35,544 bases of DNA from an uncultured Thermococci archaeon (GCA_964549615.1 CAZJVP010000074.1:1-35544), one strand, 5' to 3'; shown: positions 26,459-35,247, counted from the first letter of the stretch. The notes: generated from the letters alone by a model not told the origin. Numbers and translations: made by a program.

Positions 26459-27682
26459 ATGCGATGTTCTTCTCGGTTGAAGCCATCAAGCGTCGCCATC
26501 GCACTTGCCTTTCTCCTGATCGCCGCCGCCCAGGCAAGGGAGCCGAGGCGAGACCCCGAATCCGGCCGCGTGAGGGTGCTTTACTGTGGCGACACCACGC
26601 GGGCAAGCTACGCCATGCTGGTGGATCCCATGATCCTTCCCACCTTCGTTCCATCAGCGTGCCTCACGAAGGGCGAAGAGCTTAACCGGTTCATGCGACT
26701 GTATATGTCCCGCACCTACGACCAGTTCATCGAGCAGTACGACCTGATCAACCTGGGCGACCAACAAGTCGATCACTTCCCGCCCAAGTACCTGCACTGG
26801 TTCGCCGACGGGGTGGTCGATGAGGGCATGGGGCTCTCCATGACCGGGGGTATTGGGGGCTTCGGCGGTGAGCAGTCCATGGGCATAAGCTCATGGGAGC
26901 CGACGCCCGTCGGGGAGGTTCTTCCCGCCCAGAACATGCAGACCAAGACCCTTTGGAGAAGCTACAAGCTCGTCGTGCTCGACCCGGACCATCCCACCAT
27001 GAAGCCGCTGCCCTGGAACACGGTTCCCATGCTTCATGGCTTGGACATCGTCGAAACCAAGCAGGGCGCAAGGACTCTGGCGCGGGCGGATCTTCCCGAT
27101 GGCCATCCCGTCATGATATGGTGGGACGTCGGCAAGGGGCGATCGTACGGGTTCACGTCCTGCCTTGGAGGCGGCTGGGGCTACGATTTCATAAAATGGG
27201 AGTACTACATGGACTACGTCGATGGCTACCTCTACTTCACGGCCGGCTTGAGCGTGCCCCAAGATCTATCCCTCGTGCACGCCATCCGCAACAACATAAA
27301 GCAGTACAAGATATCGAAGACGATGACGTTCTCGCTTCTGGACTTCGTGGACAAGATGGGCGCAAACACGGCTAGGCTGGAGCAGAGGATATCCGACGCC
27401 GACGGCATCATCGCGAGTGCCGAGGCCGCGTACATCCAGCAAAGCTACGAAGAATCGCTTGCTCGCACGAAGGAGGCCTTGGACAACCTGGACGCCTTGA
27501 GTCGCGACGCCATGGAGCTCAAGGACCGCACCATGCTTTGGACCTACACCATAGAGTGGTTCAGCGTGGGCGGCGTTTCAGGCTTGGTCGGTTGGTTGGT
27601 CTACGAGCTGATGATAAGAAGGAGGCTCTACAGGCAGGTTGAGAGCACCAGGCTGGGGGCAGGTTTGTGGAAAGAGAGCTGA
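26459..27682 (+). CDS. Surface-family paralog P3
   Basis: Signal peptide (AxA site), then DPESGRVRVLYCGD, RLYMSRT, YDLINLGD, EGMGLSMTGGIGGFGG, WDVGKGRS and LKDRTMLWTYTIEW...MIRRRLYRQVESTR. Possible later start at TTG 26477. Confidence 0.8.
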   Translation: MRCSSRLKPSSVAIALAFLLIAAAQAREPRRDPESGRVRVLYCGDTTRASYAMLVDPMILPTFVPSACLTKGEELNRFMRLYMSRTYDQFIEQYDLINLGDQQVDHFPPKYLHWFADGVVDEGMGLSMTGGIGGFGGEQSMGISSWEPTPVGEVLPAQNMQTKTLWRSYKLVVLDPDHPTMKPLPWNTVPMLHGLDIVETKQGARTLARADLPDGHPVMIWWDVGKGRSYGFTSCLGGGWGYDFIKWEYYMDYVDGYLYFTAGLSVPQDLSLVHAIRNNIKQYKISKTMTFSLLDFVDKMGANTARLEQRISDADGIIASAEAAYIQQSYEESLARTKEALDNLDALSRDAMELKDRTMLWTYTIEWFSVGGVSGLVGWLVYELMIRRRLYRQVESTRLGAGLWKES

Positions 27683-28440
27683 TAGGAACCGTTGCGCTCG
27701 CAGTCGTAGTCTCGCTCGTGTGTGCCCCTTTCTTCTTGGGAGGAAGAGCCGAGGAGCCGATAAGGGTCCTTAAGAACGAGTATCCAAAGAAGCTCACGGT
27801 CGCCGCCTCCGACTCCGTGGGCGAGAATGCCTTCGAGCTGGGATTCGTGGTGAACCGCCGGTTCGCGAGGGTTGAGGTTGGGTTCCGCTTCCTCTACGGT
27901 CAGAACCTGACAAGGTCAAAGGATGCAAAGATCAATGCAACCCTGGGCCGGATATCCACGATCCGGGCACTGGTGCCTTCCGAGCTTCAGCTCGTCAGGA
28001 CCGGGTATCTCAACTACAACGGCAGCAGGGCCAACTACACCCTCTATGATTTCTCATCCGCGCCCTGGCTGCAGCCCGAAAGCAACGTGTCGAGCTTCCT
28101 TCTGGTCGGAGACGGGCGCCAGATCATCGCATGTTTCTCCGGGGTTGCCGACTTGTTCCCGGAAAGGTCTTCCGGCAGCTTGATCGACGCGTCGGTGACC
28201 AGGAGCGGAAACAGAACGCAATACAGCCGGCGGGCGCTCGGGCCCGCAGAGGCCTTGCCCATCGCCAGCCTGCCACGAACCCCTTTCATGTTCGACACTG
28301 TGGAAAGGGGCGAGACCATCGAGATAGCCTTCCACTCGGATGCCTTCTACGCGCGGCCCCAAGGCGGCGGCGCCGTCCAAGTGATAGAAGTTGTCTGCGA
28401 CGGAACCCCAGAAGTCATGCTCTTCAACTTCATAGGGTGA
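27667..28440 (+). CDS. Hypothetical exported or membrane-anchored protein, probable glycoprotein
   Basis: N-terminal hydrophobic helix and six N-x-S/T sequons (NLT, NAT, NGS, NYT, NVS, NRT). Overlaps the P3 stop by 16 nt. Confidence 0.65.
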   Translation: MERELIGTVALAVVVSLVCAPFFLGGRAEEPIRVLKNEYPKKLTVAASDSVGENAFELGFVVNRRFARVEVGFRFLYGQNLTRSKDAKINATLGRISTIRALVPSELQLVRTGYLNYNGSRANYTLYDFSSAPWLQPESNVSSFLLVGDGRQIIACFSGVADLFPERSSGSLIDASVTRSGNRTQYSRRALGPAEALPIASLPRTPFMFDTVERGETIEIAFHSDAFYARPQGGGAVQVIEVVCDGTPEVMLFNFIG

Positions 28441-28748
28441 CGACCCACCTCGCCCCGTTGAAGACCCCGAGCTCGCCATGGACACCCGATCCGAGGAGAT
28501 CCGGCATCCAATCAGGGGCCGCATCATTCTCATGCCTCAGACGCCGTTAGCGCAGGCTGCCGGGGTGGACAGGGCGACCGAAGGCTGGTGATCCTTGGCA
28601 TGGCGAACAGGCTCCATCGGCGTCTTGAGCCCTGTTGCTACCGACGCGAAGGCCAGGAAGGATGCCGCTCATCGCGCCTTGGACGAGGCAGGAAAACAGC
28701 CGAAGGCCAAGGCTTGCGCCATGGAGCCGAAGAGCGGTCGAGCGGTAG

Positions 28749-28760
28749 GAAACCCTTATA
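28749..28760 (+). promoter_or_regulatory. Candidate BRE/TATA for the cupin gene (leaderless)
   Basis: GAAACCCTTATA ends 22 nt before GTG 28783. Confidence 0.45.
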
Positions 28761-28782
28761 GGCTGCGCCTGCCGCGACCCGG

Positions 28783-29160
28783 GTGAAGGTAGAGACTTTG
28801 GCCCCCTTTGTGAACATAGACGATGTCCCGAAGCGCCCTGGCCTTGCGATGGCCAAGAAGCTTCTCGACCAGAACGTTCTCAGCATGAAAGGAGGGAACG
28901 CAGCCATGCCCGATGCGGAGAGGACCGCCATCATAGTCCAGACCTACTCGCCGGGCGGCTCCCACGATCCCCATTCCCACCCCGATAGGGAGCAGGCATT
29001 CCTCGTTCTCAGCGGTAAGGGCCAGATCCACATTGGCGACAAGGTCTACCCTCTCCAGAAGGGCTCCATAGCTTACGTCCCGCGGAACGTCCGGCACTTC
29101 ACGGAAAACACCGGGAAGCGGGACCTGGTCATGATGCTGATCGACGTCAACCTTGCCTAG
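28783..29160 (+). CDS. Cupin-domain protein
   Basis: Cupin motif 1 PHSHPDREQAFLVLSGKG and motif 2 GSIAYVPRNVRHFTENTG. Confidence 0.88.
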   Translation: MKVETLAPFVNIDDVPKRPGLAMAKKLLDQNVLSMKGGNAAMPDAERTAIIVQTYSPGGSHDPHSHPDREQAFLVLSGKGQIHIGDKVYPLQKGSIAYVPRNVRHFTENTGKRDLVMMLIDVNLA

Positions 29161-29372
29161 CGAATCAGGACCGTCCGCGACCCCGGTGCCTTCCTAGCCC
29201 GTGCCTCAGCCCTAGCTTGCACTTCCCTTTCTACTTCGGCGAGCAGCATCCTGGCCTGCAAGATAGCTTCCTCCGCGCCCCTCCAGTCGCCCTTCCCCAC
29301 AAGCACCACGAGCAGTTCAAGGTTGTGCATAAGCCTTCTCATGCTTTCCTCCAGACGGCCACCCCCTCTCAA
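29157..29372 (-). CDS. Small helical hypothetical protein
   Basis: Amphipathic helices and a TTGA overlap with the upstream gene. Alternative ATG at 29342 after GGAGG. Confidence 0.45.
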   Translation of the reverse strand: MRGGGRLEESMRRLMHNLELLVVLVGKGDWRGAEEAILQARMLLAEVEREVQARAEARARKAPGSRTVLIR

Positions 29373-29641
29373 GGATGCTCGAAAACGAGGCCCATCGTCG
29401 TGTTCTCAACCCTCGAAGCTTCGATGTAGCGGCCCTTCACCCGGTAGTCGGTTATCCGCTTCACCTTGGTCCTGATCGTCCCCTCAACCTTAACGTCATC
29501 GCCCCAGCGGACGTAACAGAGAAAGTCACACTTGACCATGATCTGCTCGTCGCCGGCCTTCGCACTGAAAGCCGTGTGAAGGGTCGCGGCGGACCCCCAC
29601 GTTAGGGGGCGGCCCCACACCACGCCGGTGATGGTCGTCAT
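29369..29641 (-). CDS. Small hypothetical protein, possible OB fold
   Basis: The pattern TITGVV...GDDVKVEG...IEASRVEN resembles an OB-fold beta barrel. A strong SD (GGAGGGGAGG) precedes the ATG. Confidence 0.6.
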   Translation of the reverse strand: MTTITGVVWGRPLTWGSAATLHTAFSAKAGDEQIMVKCDFLCYVRWGDDVKVEGTIRTKVKRITDYRVKGRYIEASRVENTTMGLVFEHP

Positions 29642-29720
29642 GGACCATTCCTCCCCTCCTTGCCGTTAAATGTGTAAGTCAGGAATGGTCCCCGGGCTTG
29701 GGAAAACTTCAGCCCACCTT

Positions 29721-30944
29721 TCACCGCGCCCGCGTGACGAGGACCTCCTTGTACAGCCTCCTCCTGATCATGACGGCCCAGAGGATCGCCCCGCACGCAA
29801 AGCATGTGCCTAGAACCGCGAACCATTCGACGATGTACACCCAGAGCATCGCCCGATCCTTCAACTTGAGCGCAGCAGCTTCCATCTGCTTTATGGTCTC
29901 CGCGGCGTCGGCCAGGAGGGAAAGCGACGCCTCGTAGTCCTGCCTGATGTACATCGCCTCCGCGGAGTCGACGATCTCATCGACCTTGGCGACCTGCGCC
30001 TCCAGCCTTGAAGTCCTTGCCCCGAAGCGGTCCACGAAATCGAAAAGCGAGGCAAGCAGAGCCTTCCGGCTGAGCATCGCGTAAAACTCCGCACGGTTTG
30101 CATGCACAAGCTCCAAGTCCTGGGGCACGGGGTTTCTGCTTGTGTACATCCCCATGTTGGAAGCCGCATCCAAGTAGTACTCCCAGAGCGAGAAGTCTGC
30201 ACCCCATCCCGGCGTCCAATCCGGCGTGAAGGCAAACGACCTCCCCTTGCCGTAGATCCAGTCCACCATTAGGGGATAGTTGTTCAACAAGCCTAACGCC
30301 CTCGCGAGTTCCTGCGCTCCCTCCTTCACCTTCACGATGTTGAGCCCGGAGAAGGGAGGCGCGGATGCCCATGGTAGAGAACGCATCAGCTCGTTGCCCG
30401 GCGAAACAACTTGGAGACGTAGCGGGCCGGGTGGAGAGCTCGTCCCCGTATCCCCAAAAGCAACCGGAAGCGCATCCGCGACCTTCGTCCCGGTCCAACC
30501 TGGGTAACTGGAGCTGCCCCCGAAGCTCTCTATCCCGCCCACCATCGCCAAGCCAAATCCATCCTCTCGGACGCAACGCTCCATCCAGACGATCTGCTCC
30601 GGCCGGAAGTTCAGGACACAGACATCGGACAGTATTATGATGTCGTATGAGTCCCTCATCTGCTCAAAGGTCTTGGGCATATACTGCCGCATGTACTTGT
30701 AGATGTCGTCCATCTTCAACCCGGCCGCGAAGAGGACGTCCCTGCACGATGGGATGAGCGTTGGTACAAAGGTCGGGTCGGACCTGTATATGAAGACCGG
30801 GTTGCGGGTGTTCGTGGCATCCCCAATGTAGAGCAGGCGGATCCTTCCGGTCTCGGGGTCCTTCTTCCCTTCCTGCGCCGTGGCGAGCACGCCGGCCAAG
30901 AGGACTATGCTCAACGCCAAGAAAACGGTCCTGCCCTGCCTCAC
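29721..30944 (-). CDS. Surface-family paralog P4
   Basis: Signal peptide, then DPETGRIRLLYIGD, RQYMPKT, YDIIILSD, DGFGLAMVGGIESFGG, WIYGKGRS and LKDRAMLWVYIVEW...MIRRRLYKEVLVTR. Confidence 0.8.
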   Translation of the reverse strand: MRQGRTVFLALSIVLLAGVLATAQEGKKDPETGRIRLLYIGDATNTRNPVFIYRSDPTFVPTLIPSCRDVLFAAGLKMDDIYKYMRQYMPKTFEQMRDSYDIIILSDVCVLNFRPEQIVWMERCVREDGFGLAMVGGIESFGGSSSYPGWTGTKVADALPVAFGDTGTSSPPGPLRLQVVSPGNELMRSLPWASAPPFSGLNIVKVKEGAQELARALGLLNNYPLMVDWIYGKGRSFAFTPDWTPGWGADFSLWEYYLDAASNMGMYTSRNPVPQDLELVHANRAEFYAMLSRKALLASLFDFVDRFGARTSRLEAQVAKVDEIVDSAEAMYIRQDYEASLSLLADAAETIKQMEAAALKLKDRAMLWVYIVEWFAVLGTCFACGAILWAVMIRRRLYKEVLVTRAR

Positions 30945-30945
30945 G

Positions 30946-30993
30946 CTTACCGAGTAAGGATCGTTTTTGAGCCAGATAACTATTTGCGCAAAT
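30946..30993. promoter_or_regulatory. Two palindromes in the divergent P4/P5 intergenic region (candidate operators)
   Basis: A perfect 12-bp palindrome ATTTGCGCAAAT at 30982-30993, and CTTAC-cga-GTAAG at 30946-30958. Confidence 0.4.
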
Positions 30994-31029
30994 TAAACGC
31001 TCCGGTAGCCCGCAATTGCCGACAGGGCC

Positions 31030-32367
31030 GTGAGCGCGGAGACGGTGAATGCGACAGAAAATGATAAGAGAATGCCCGTGCTTCGGTCCCAAGCGGGGTG
31101 CGGCGCCATCCATCCAACCGACCGTTCGCCACGCCACGGGGGATCTAGCAGGCCAGACCTGCCAGTCTCAGTTGGTGTCTTGGTCTTGGTCGTGGTTGCG
31201 GTCGCCGCAACCAGCGGCCCAGACGACGGGCGGATTTCCATCTTCCTCATAGGAGGTACCCATCCAGCCGGGAACCCTTTCATGGGATATGCCATGCAGG
31301 ATCCCCTGCTCACCTACGGGGTCGAGCCCATTCCCCCCGACCTCTCGGACGGGGAGAAGCGAAAGTTAGACCGCATATACTATCCGCGCACCAGGGAGAT
31401 CCTGATTCAGACCTACCGCTTGATCGTGTTCAACGACGCAAGGCTCCAACACTTCACGACGAAGCAGCTGCACGACCTGGATTATGCATTTAGGGAAGCC
31501 GGCATGTCCTCGATATCCACCTTCGGCCCGGCATGGGAACAGGTCTGGGAGGTCACGACGCTCTATGACACCTCCCCAGCCCTTGACTACACAGACCAGT
31601 GGTTCCACGGCACATTCTGGGTCCGGTTCCGAAGGGACAAGGATCCCGTATTCACGCCCTTCATCCAGCTTGGAATGGAGAAGATGCTGGGGGACGCCTA
31701 CCACCTCATGACGGAGAAGCCGGGCGCGACGGTCTGGGCTGACATGATGCCGATGCAGAAGCCGTGGATGATCTCATGGAGGCCTGGCGGCAGCAAGGCC
31801 GGCCTGCAGTGGGTATGCACGGACGGCTTCAACGCCCAGTGGTGGGGAGTGACCGGTTACGCCTACACGCCGGGCACATACGGCGTGGAAGGCAGCAACC
31901 CCTATGCCATAGACATGGCCATAAACCTCATCCTCTATTCCCTGGACAGGCCGCTCATCTCGGATATTCAGCAAAGGAGGGAGGCGAGACATCTGCTCTC
32001 CGCCTTCCGGGCAGAGAAGGTCCTGATACTGCACATCATGGAATGGGCCGACACCTTCGGCGCCAACACGGGTCCCATCTCGGACAGGTTATCAGAAATC
32101 GAGGCCCAGGCCGAACAGGCCACCGACCACTTCCTCAAACAGGACTACCCGACCGCCATTTCCATCATGCAGGACGCCTCATCGAAGATCACGGCCACCA
32201 CGCGGGACGCGATGCGCCTCAAAGACGAGGCCATGTTCTGGGTGTACGTCTCGGAATGGCTTGCGGTAACGTCGGTGGCTGTCCTCGCAGGTCTGGCTTT
32301 GTGGTCCCTCATGATCAGGAGAAGGATCTATCGGGCTGTGCAAACCACCAGATTGGCAGCAGCTTGA
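31030..32367 (+). CDS. Surface-family paralog P5 (most divergent; start uncertain)
   Basis: Hydrophobic signal VLVLVVVAVAA, then DDGRISIFLIG, RIYYPRT, LIVFND, FGAN and LKDEAMFWVYVSEW...MIRRRIYRAVQTTR. The real start is probably downstream of 31030. Confidence 0.75.
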   Translation: MSAETVNATENDKRMPVLRSQAGCGAIHPTDRSPRHGGSSRPDLPVSVGVLVLVVVAVAATSGPDDGRISIFLIGGTHPAGNPFMGYAMQDPLLTYGVEPIPPDLSDGEKRKLDRIYYPRTREILIQTYRLIVFNDARLQHFTTKQLHDLDYAFREAGMSSISTFGPAWEQVWEVTTLYDTSPALDYTDQWFHGTFWVRFRRDKDPVFTPFIQLGMEKMLGDAYHLMTEKPGATVWADMMPMQKPWMISWRPGGSKAGLQWVCTDGFNAQWWGVTGYAYTPGTYGVEGSNPYAIDMAINLILYSLDRPLISDIQQRREARHLLSAFRAEKVLILHIMEWADTFGANTGPISDRLSEIEAQAEQATDHFLKQDYPTAISIMQDASSKITATTRDAMRLKDEAMFWVYVSEWLAVTSVAVLAGLALWSLMIRRRIYRAVQTTRLAAA

Positions 32368-32403
32368 TGTGAACTCCAACCCCGCAGCCGCTCATCCAGG
32401 GGC

Positions 32404-32668
32404 GCTTAACTTTCGGCCCCCGCTCGCCTAACCATCCAAAATGCTCGTCGCATCCCACAAGATCCAGGCCGCGACTCATGGCGGAAGCGGCGATGAGCAG
32501 GTTGGCACACGGTGGCGACTGTCCCTTTGCCTTAAGACCCGAGTATAAGATGCATTAATTCTCGATGACGTCGTTGTCTAGATCCACGACCTCAAAACTG
32601 GCCTCGAGGACCTCCTTGACCTCCTTCATCTTTTCTTCGGGTATGCTGCGGAGAACCTCAATGAGAGT
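32404..32668 (-). pseudogene. vapC: PIN-domain (VapC-type) toxin pseudogene, 5'-truncated with an internal stop
   Basis: Reading through TAA (32555-32557) in frame gives TLIEVLRSIPEEKMKEVKEVLEASFEVVDLDNDVIEN*CILYSGLKAKGQSPPCANLLIAASAMSRGLDLVGCDEHFGWLGERGPKV. This matches the PIN 'D.LIAA.A....LVT.D.HF' half. The N-terminal DT motif is absent. Confidence 0.75.
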
Positions 32669-33243
32669 TCGAGGCCATCTGCGTCGCGATTGTAACAAGA
32701 GAAGCACCGCCCCCAGGAGACGCTCCCAAGACTGCCAAAGGGACTGCTCCTTCGTGTTCGCCGCATGCAACCCGAAGAACGCCCTCCTTGACCGACTCAC
32801 ACCCCCGCGCAGGTTGCTAAGTCCAAGGCCCCGCTGACTGGCGACGGAAGGCCCTCTGTCTCCGAACTCCGAACCATAGTCACCCGCCGCTCGCAACTTG
32901 CGTCCGGACAACTCAATTCTACCCTTCGAGCACATACGGCAGACTCCATCCAGCGGAATCCCGCTCTCCACTTGAAGGATCAACAGGCGGTCCTCTTCCA
33001 AGAACTTCTCCCGTGCCTCGGAATGCCGCGATGCTTTCTTAATAGCATGAAGAGCACTCACGTTTCGAGAGACTGATCCCCTTGCTCGACGAACCTCCTC
33101 AGCCTCCCCATAGCTTTCCCTCAGGCAACATGGATCAGAATCGGCGAAAAGCGACTTTGCAACAAGACCGCCAGTATGGCTTAGTGGACCGATAATATCT
33201 GAACGAAGGCGGATTGATCCTCTAACGGTTAACTTCTGGCTGA

Positions 33244-35247
33244 CTACCGTATCCGTCTCTCATTTCCAGGCTCAGGGATATGAACCTCCTGCCTCTGAGT
33301 GTTGCCTTCTTTTCGCACCCCGTTGTCAAAATCGAGATACAACCTTTTGCCCTTGTACTCAAACTTCATGGTTTTGGCTCCTCTCTCCACGCGCGCATAG
33401 GGTGAATTGATCCTCGGGTAATCGGTATCTACTTTTTTTCCGTCGACGTAGAAATCCCTCCCGTATTCGAGACGGTAGGTCCTGCCGTTTGACACATATG
33501 TCAGCACCTTCTTATCATATACGCAGGTATTGCTCTCAATCCTACCGATAAACCTTTCGAAATCACGCTCTTCATCAGCGGTACCTATTTCGCATATCCA
33601 AAACGTCTCCTTTCCTTCTTGGACGAGGTCGTCTGTGCTGCCCTCGGCATAATGCAGTTCGTTCTTCGCCGTAAAGGCAACATAGACATCTCTGTATCTG
33701 CCAAAAGCGTAATTACTTTCTATGCGCACTTCGTCAAATACGGCTTTCGGGAAGTATGCATGGGTGAAGTGCAGCAGCTTCCTCTCCATTATGCCCTTCT
33801 TATCCGGCAAGACATAAATTGTCAAATTGACGTTCCTTTGCTGTACCGAATGGGGAAGACGTCCCGACCCTACCCAGTACGTCGGTGAATTGCCGATGGG
33901 TGCAGCATCGCCCGGCATAACTGCAGGATGAGTAGTAAAAATACTCAATTCGCTCCCGAGGGTTGCCGTCCAGATGTGCTGCTGATGGCCATATTCGCCG
34001 GGGTGGTAGCTCTGCGCAGTACCCATAGTGTACTTACTGGTTTTATAAGCATACGTATTTGCCCTCTGTATTGCGACCCCGTTGGTTTGGGGCTTTAGCA
34101 GCCTGCTGATGAAAGGCAACAGCCCGAATTGCCCGAGTTTCTTGAGTATGGTGTAGTTGAGTATTTTCTGGAGCAGGGCGTGGTCGACTATTTTACAAGC
34201 ATCCAGAAATTCATTCCTATACAAGCGGTATCTCTTTATGATTTTCATAGTATTGGAGATGACCTGAGGATTTGTGAATGCTTCCATACCCAACTGCATC
34301 ATGACCTGTGTGTCTTCGAGGCCGTAGAGTCCCTCGTCCTTCAATTCCCTCAAGTCGAGGCCGTTAGAAGCCTTTATTTCGACCGGCCCTTCATCGCGCC
34401 CAATCTCTCTGATTACTTCGGGTATCCTATACCGATCCACGGTGATGAAAATGTAGTCCAAGCCTACCGGCATCTTTACCCTTTCATCCTCTCGATAGCC
34501 CCAGATGTGGCTAGTGATCTCCCTTGTGGATGCATTGCGACCGCTTTTCTTCTGCCGCTCATACAGCCTTCCGCTTGTGGTTACGAAGTTCCCCTTATAG
34601 GACTGCGAAGCGATGTCATACAGCAGCAAGTCCATTATTATCTTCGTCTTTTCCACCATCTCGCCGTCTCGGCAGAAATCGACGAGGTTGCTCATTGCAG
34701 CGAGATCCTCAACGTAGTAAACATTCGAATACCACTCTGTGAACCCGTATTTCCACCTCAGATCGAGCCAGCCAAGTATTCTCCTTCGTGCCTTCTCCAT
34801 GTGCTCGCGGCCCGTGATCCCACTATTGGTAAAAATTTCCATGGGATACAATTGCCCTGCAAGATATTCCGCGCTCGCAAACAGTATCTGGTGGTTTTCG
34901 GACCAGAAGCACATATTGTCCTCGCCGGGTTCATCCATCCAGTATCTGAAACCAAGTAGCGTGCTCTTGATTTTGTCGTAAGTCTTTTCATCCAGCTTGT
35001 CCCCGTGCTTGTATAAAATTCTCAGTAACGACTGGAGTCTGAAATCGGAGCAGTCATACCTTCCTTCAATAAAAGTGAGGGTATCGTCAAGATCGGAGAA
35101 GTCGACATTTTCACCGTTATCCAGCTTCGAGAGCACCTCGTTTACTTTTATATCCAGCTTTTCCTTTGGTTTGGATGGTATCTTTGTGTAGCTTTGGTTG
35201 GTTTTAAGATCGGAAACGGCGGCAGCCGCAATCGCTGGTCCCTTCAT
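33244..35247 (-). CDS. Uncharacterised 667-aa protein, possibly heparinase II/III-like (alpha toroid plus beta sandwich); compositionally foreign
   Basis: Long intact ORF with motifs FWSENHQILF...EYLAGQ, GFTEWYS.VY and GHQQHIW.ATL. It is much AT-richer than flanking genes (19/60 G+C in 34201-34260). The fold is an inference. Confidence 0.65.
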   Translation of the reverse strand: MKGPAIAAAAVSDLKTNQSYTKIPSKPKEKLDIKVNEVLSKLDNGENVDFSDLDDTLTFIEGRYDCSDFRLQSLLRILYKHGDKLDEKTYDKIKSTLLGFRYWMDEPGEDNMCFWSENHQILFASAEYLAGQLYPMEIFTNSGITGREHMEKARRRILGWLDLRWKYGFTEWYSNVYYVEDLAAMSNLVDFCRDGEMVEKTKIIMDLLLYDIASQSYKGNFVTTSGRLYERQKKSGRNASTREITSHIWGYREDERVKMPVGLDYIFITVDRYRIPEVIREIGRDEGPVEIKASNGLDLRELKDEGLYGLEDTQVMMQLGMEAFTNPQVISNTMKIIKRYRLYRNEFLDACKIVDHALLQKILNYTILKKLGQFGLLPFISRLLKPQTNGVAIQRANTYAYKTSKYTMGTAQSYHPGEYGHQQHIWTATLGSELSIFTTHPAVMPGDAAPIGNSPTYWVGSGRLPHSVQQRNVNLTIYVLPDKKGIMERKLLHFTHAYFPKAVFDEVRIESNYAFGRYRDVYVAFTAKNELHYAEGSTDDLVQEGKETFWICEIGTADEERDFERFIGRIESNTCVYDKKVLTYVSNGRTYRLEYGRDFYVDGKKVDTDYPRINSPYARVERGAKTMKFEYKGKRLYLDFDNGVRKEGNTQRQEVHIPEPGNERRIR

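Noticed and set aside
10816-32367. The five paralogs as active glutamine amidotransferases, or as products of a diversity-generating retroelement or recent duplication
   Set aside because: There is no Cys at the nucleophile elbow and no visible His-x-Glu dyad. There is no reverse transcriptase and no near-identical template/variable repeat pair, and the copies are highly diverged at the DNA level.
32555-33061. 168-aa ORF in the track treated as a real gene
   Set aside because: It is chimeric: only the last ~37 codons are PIN-like, and that homology continues past the stop. The rest could not be assigned.
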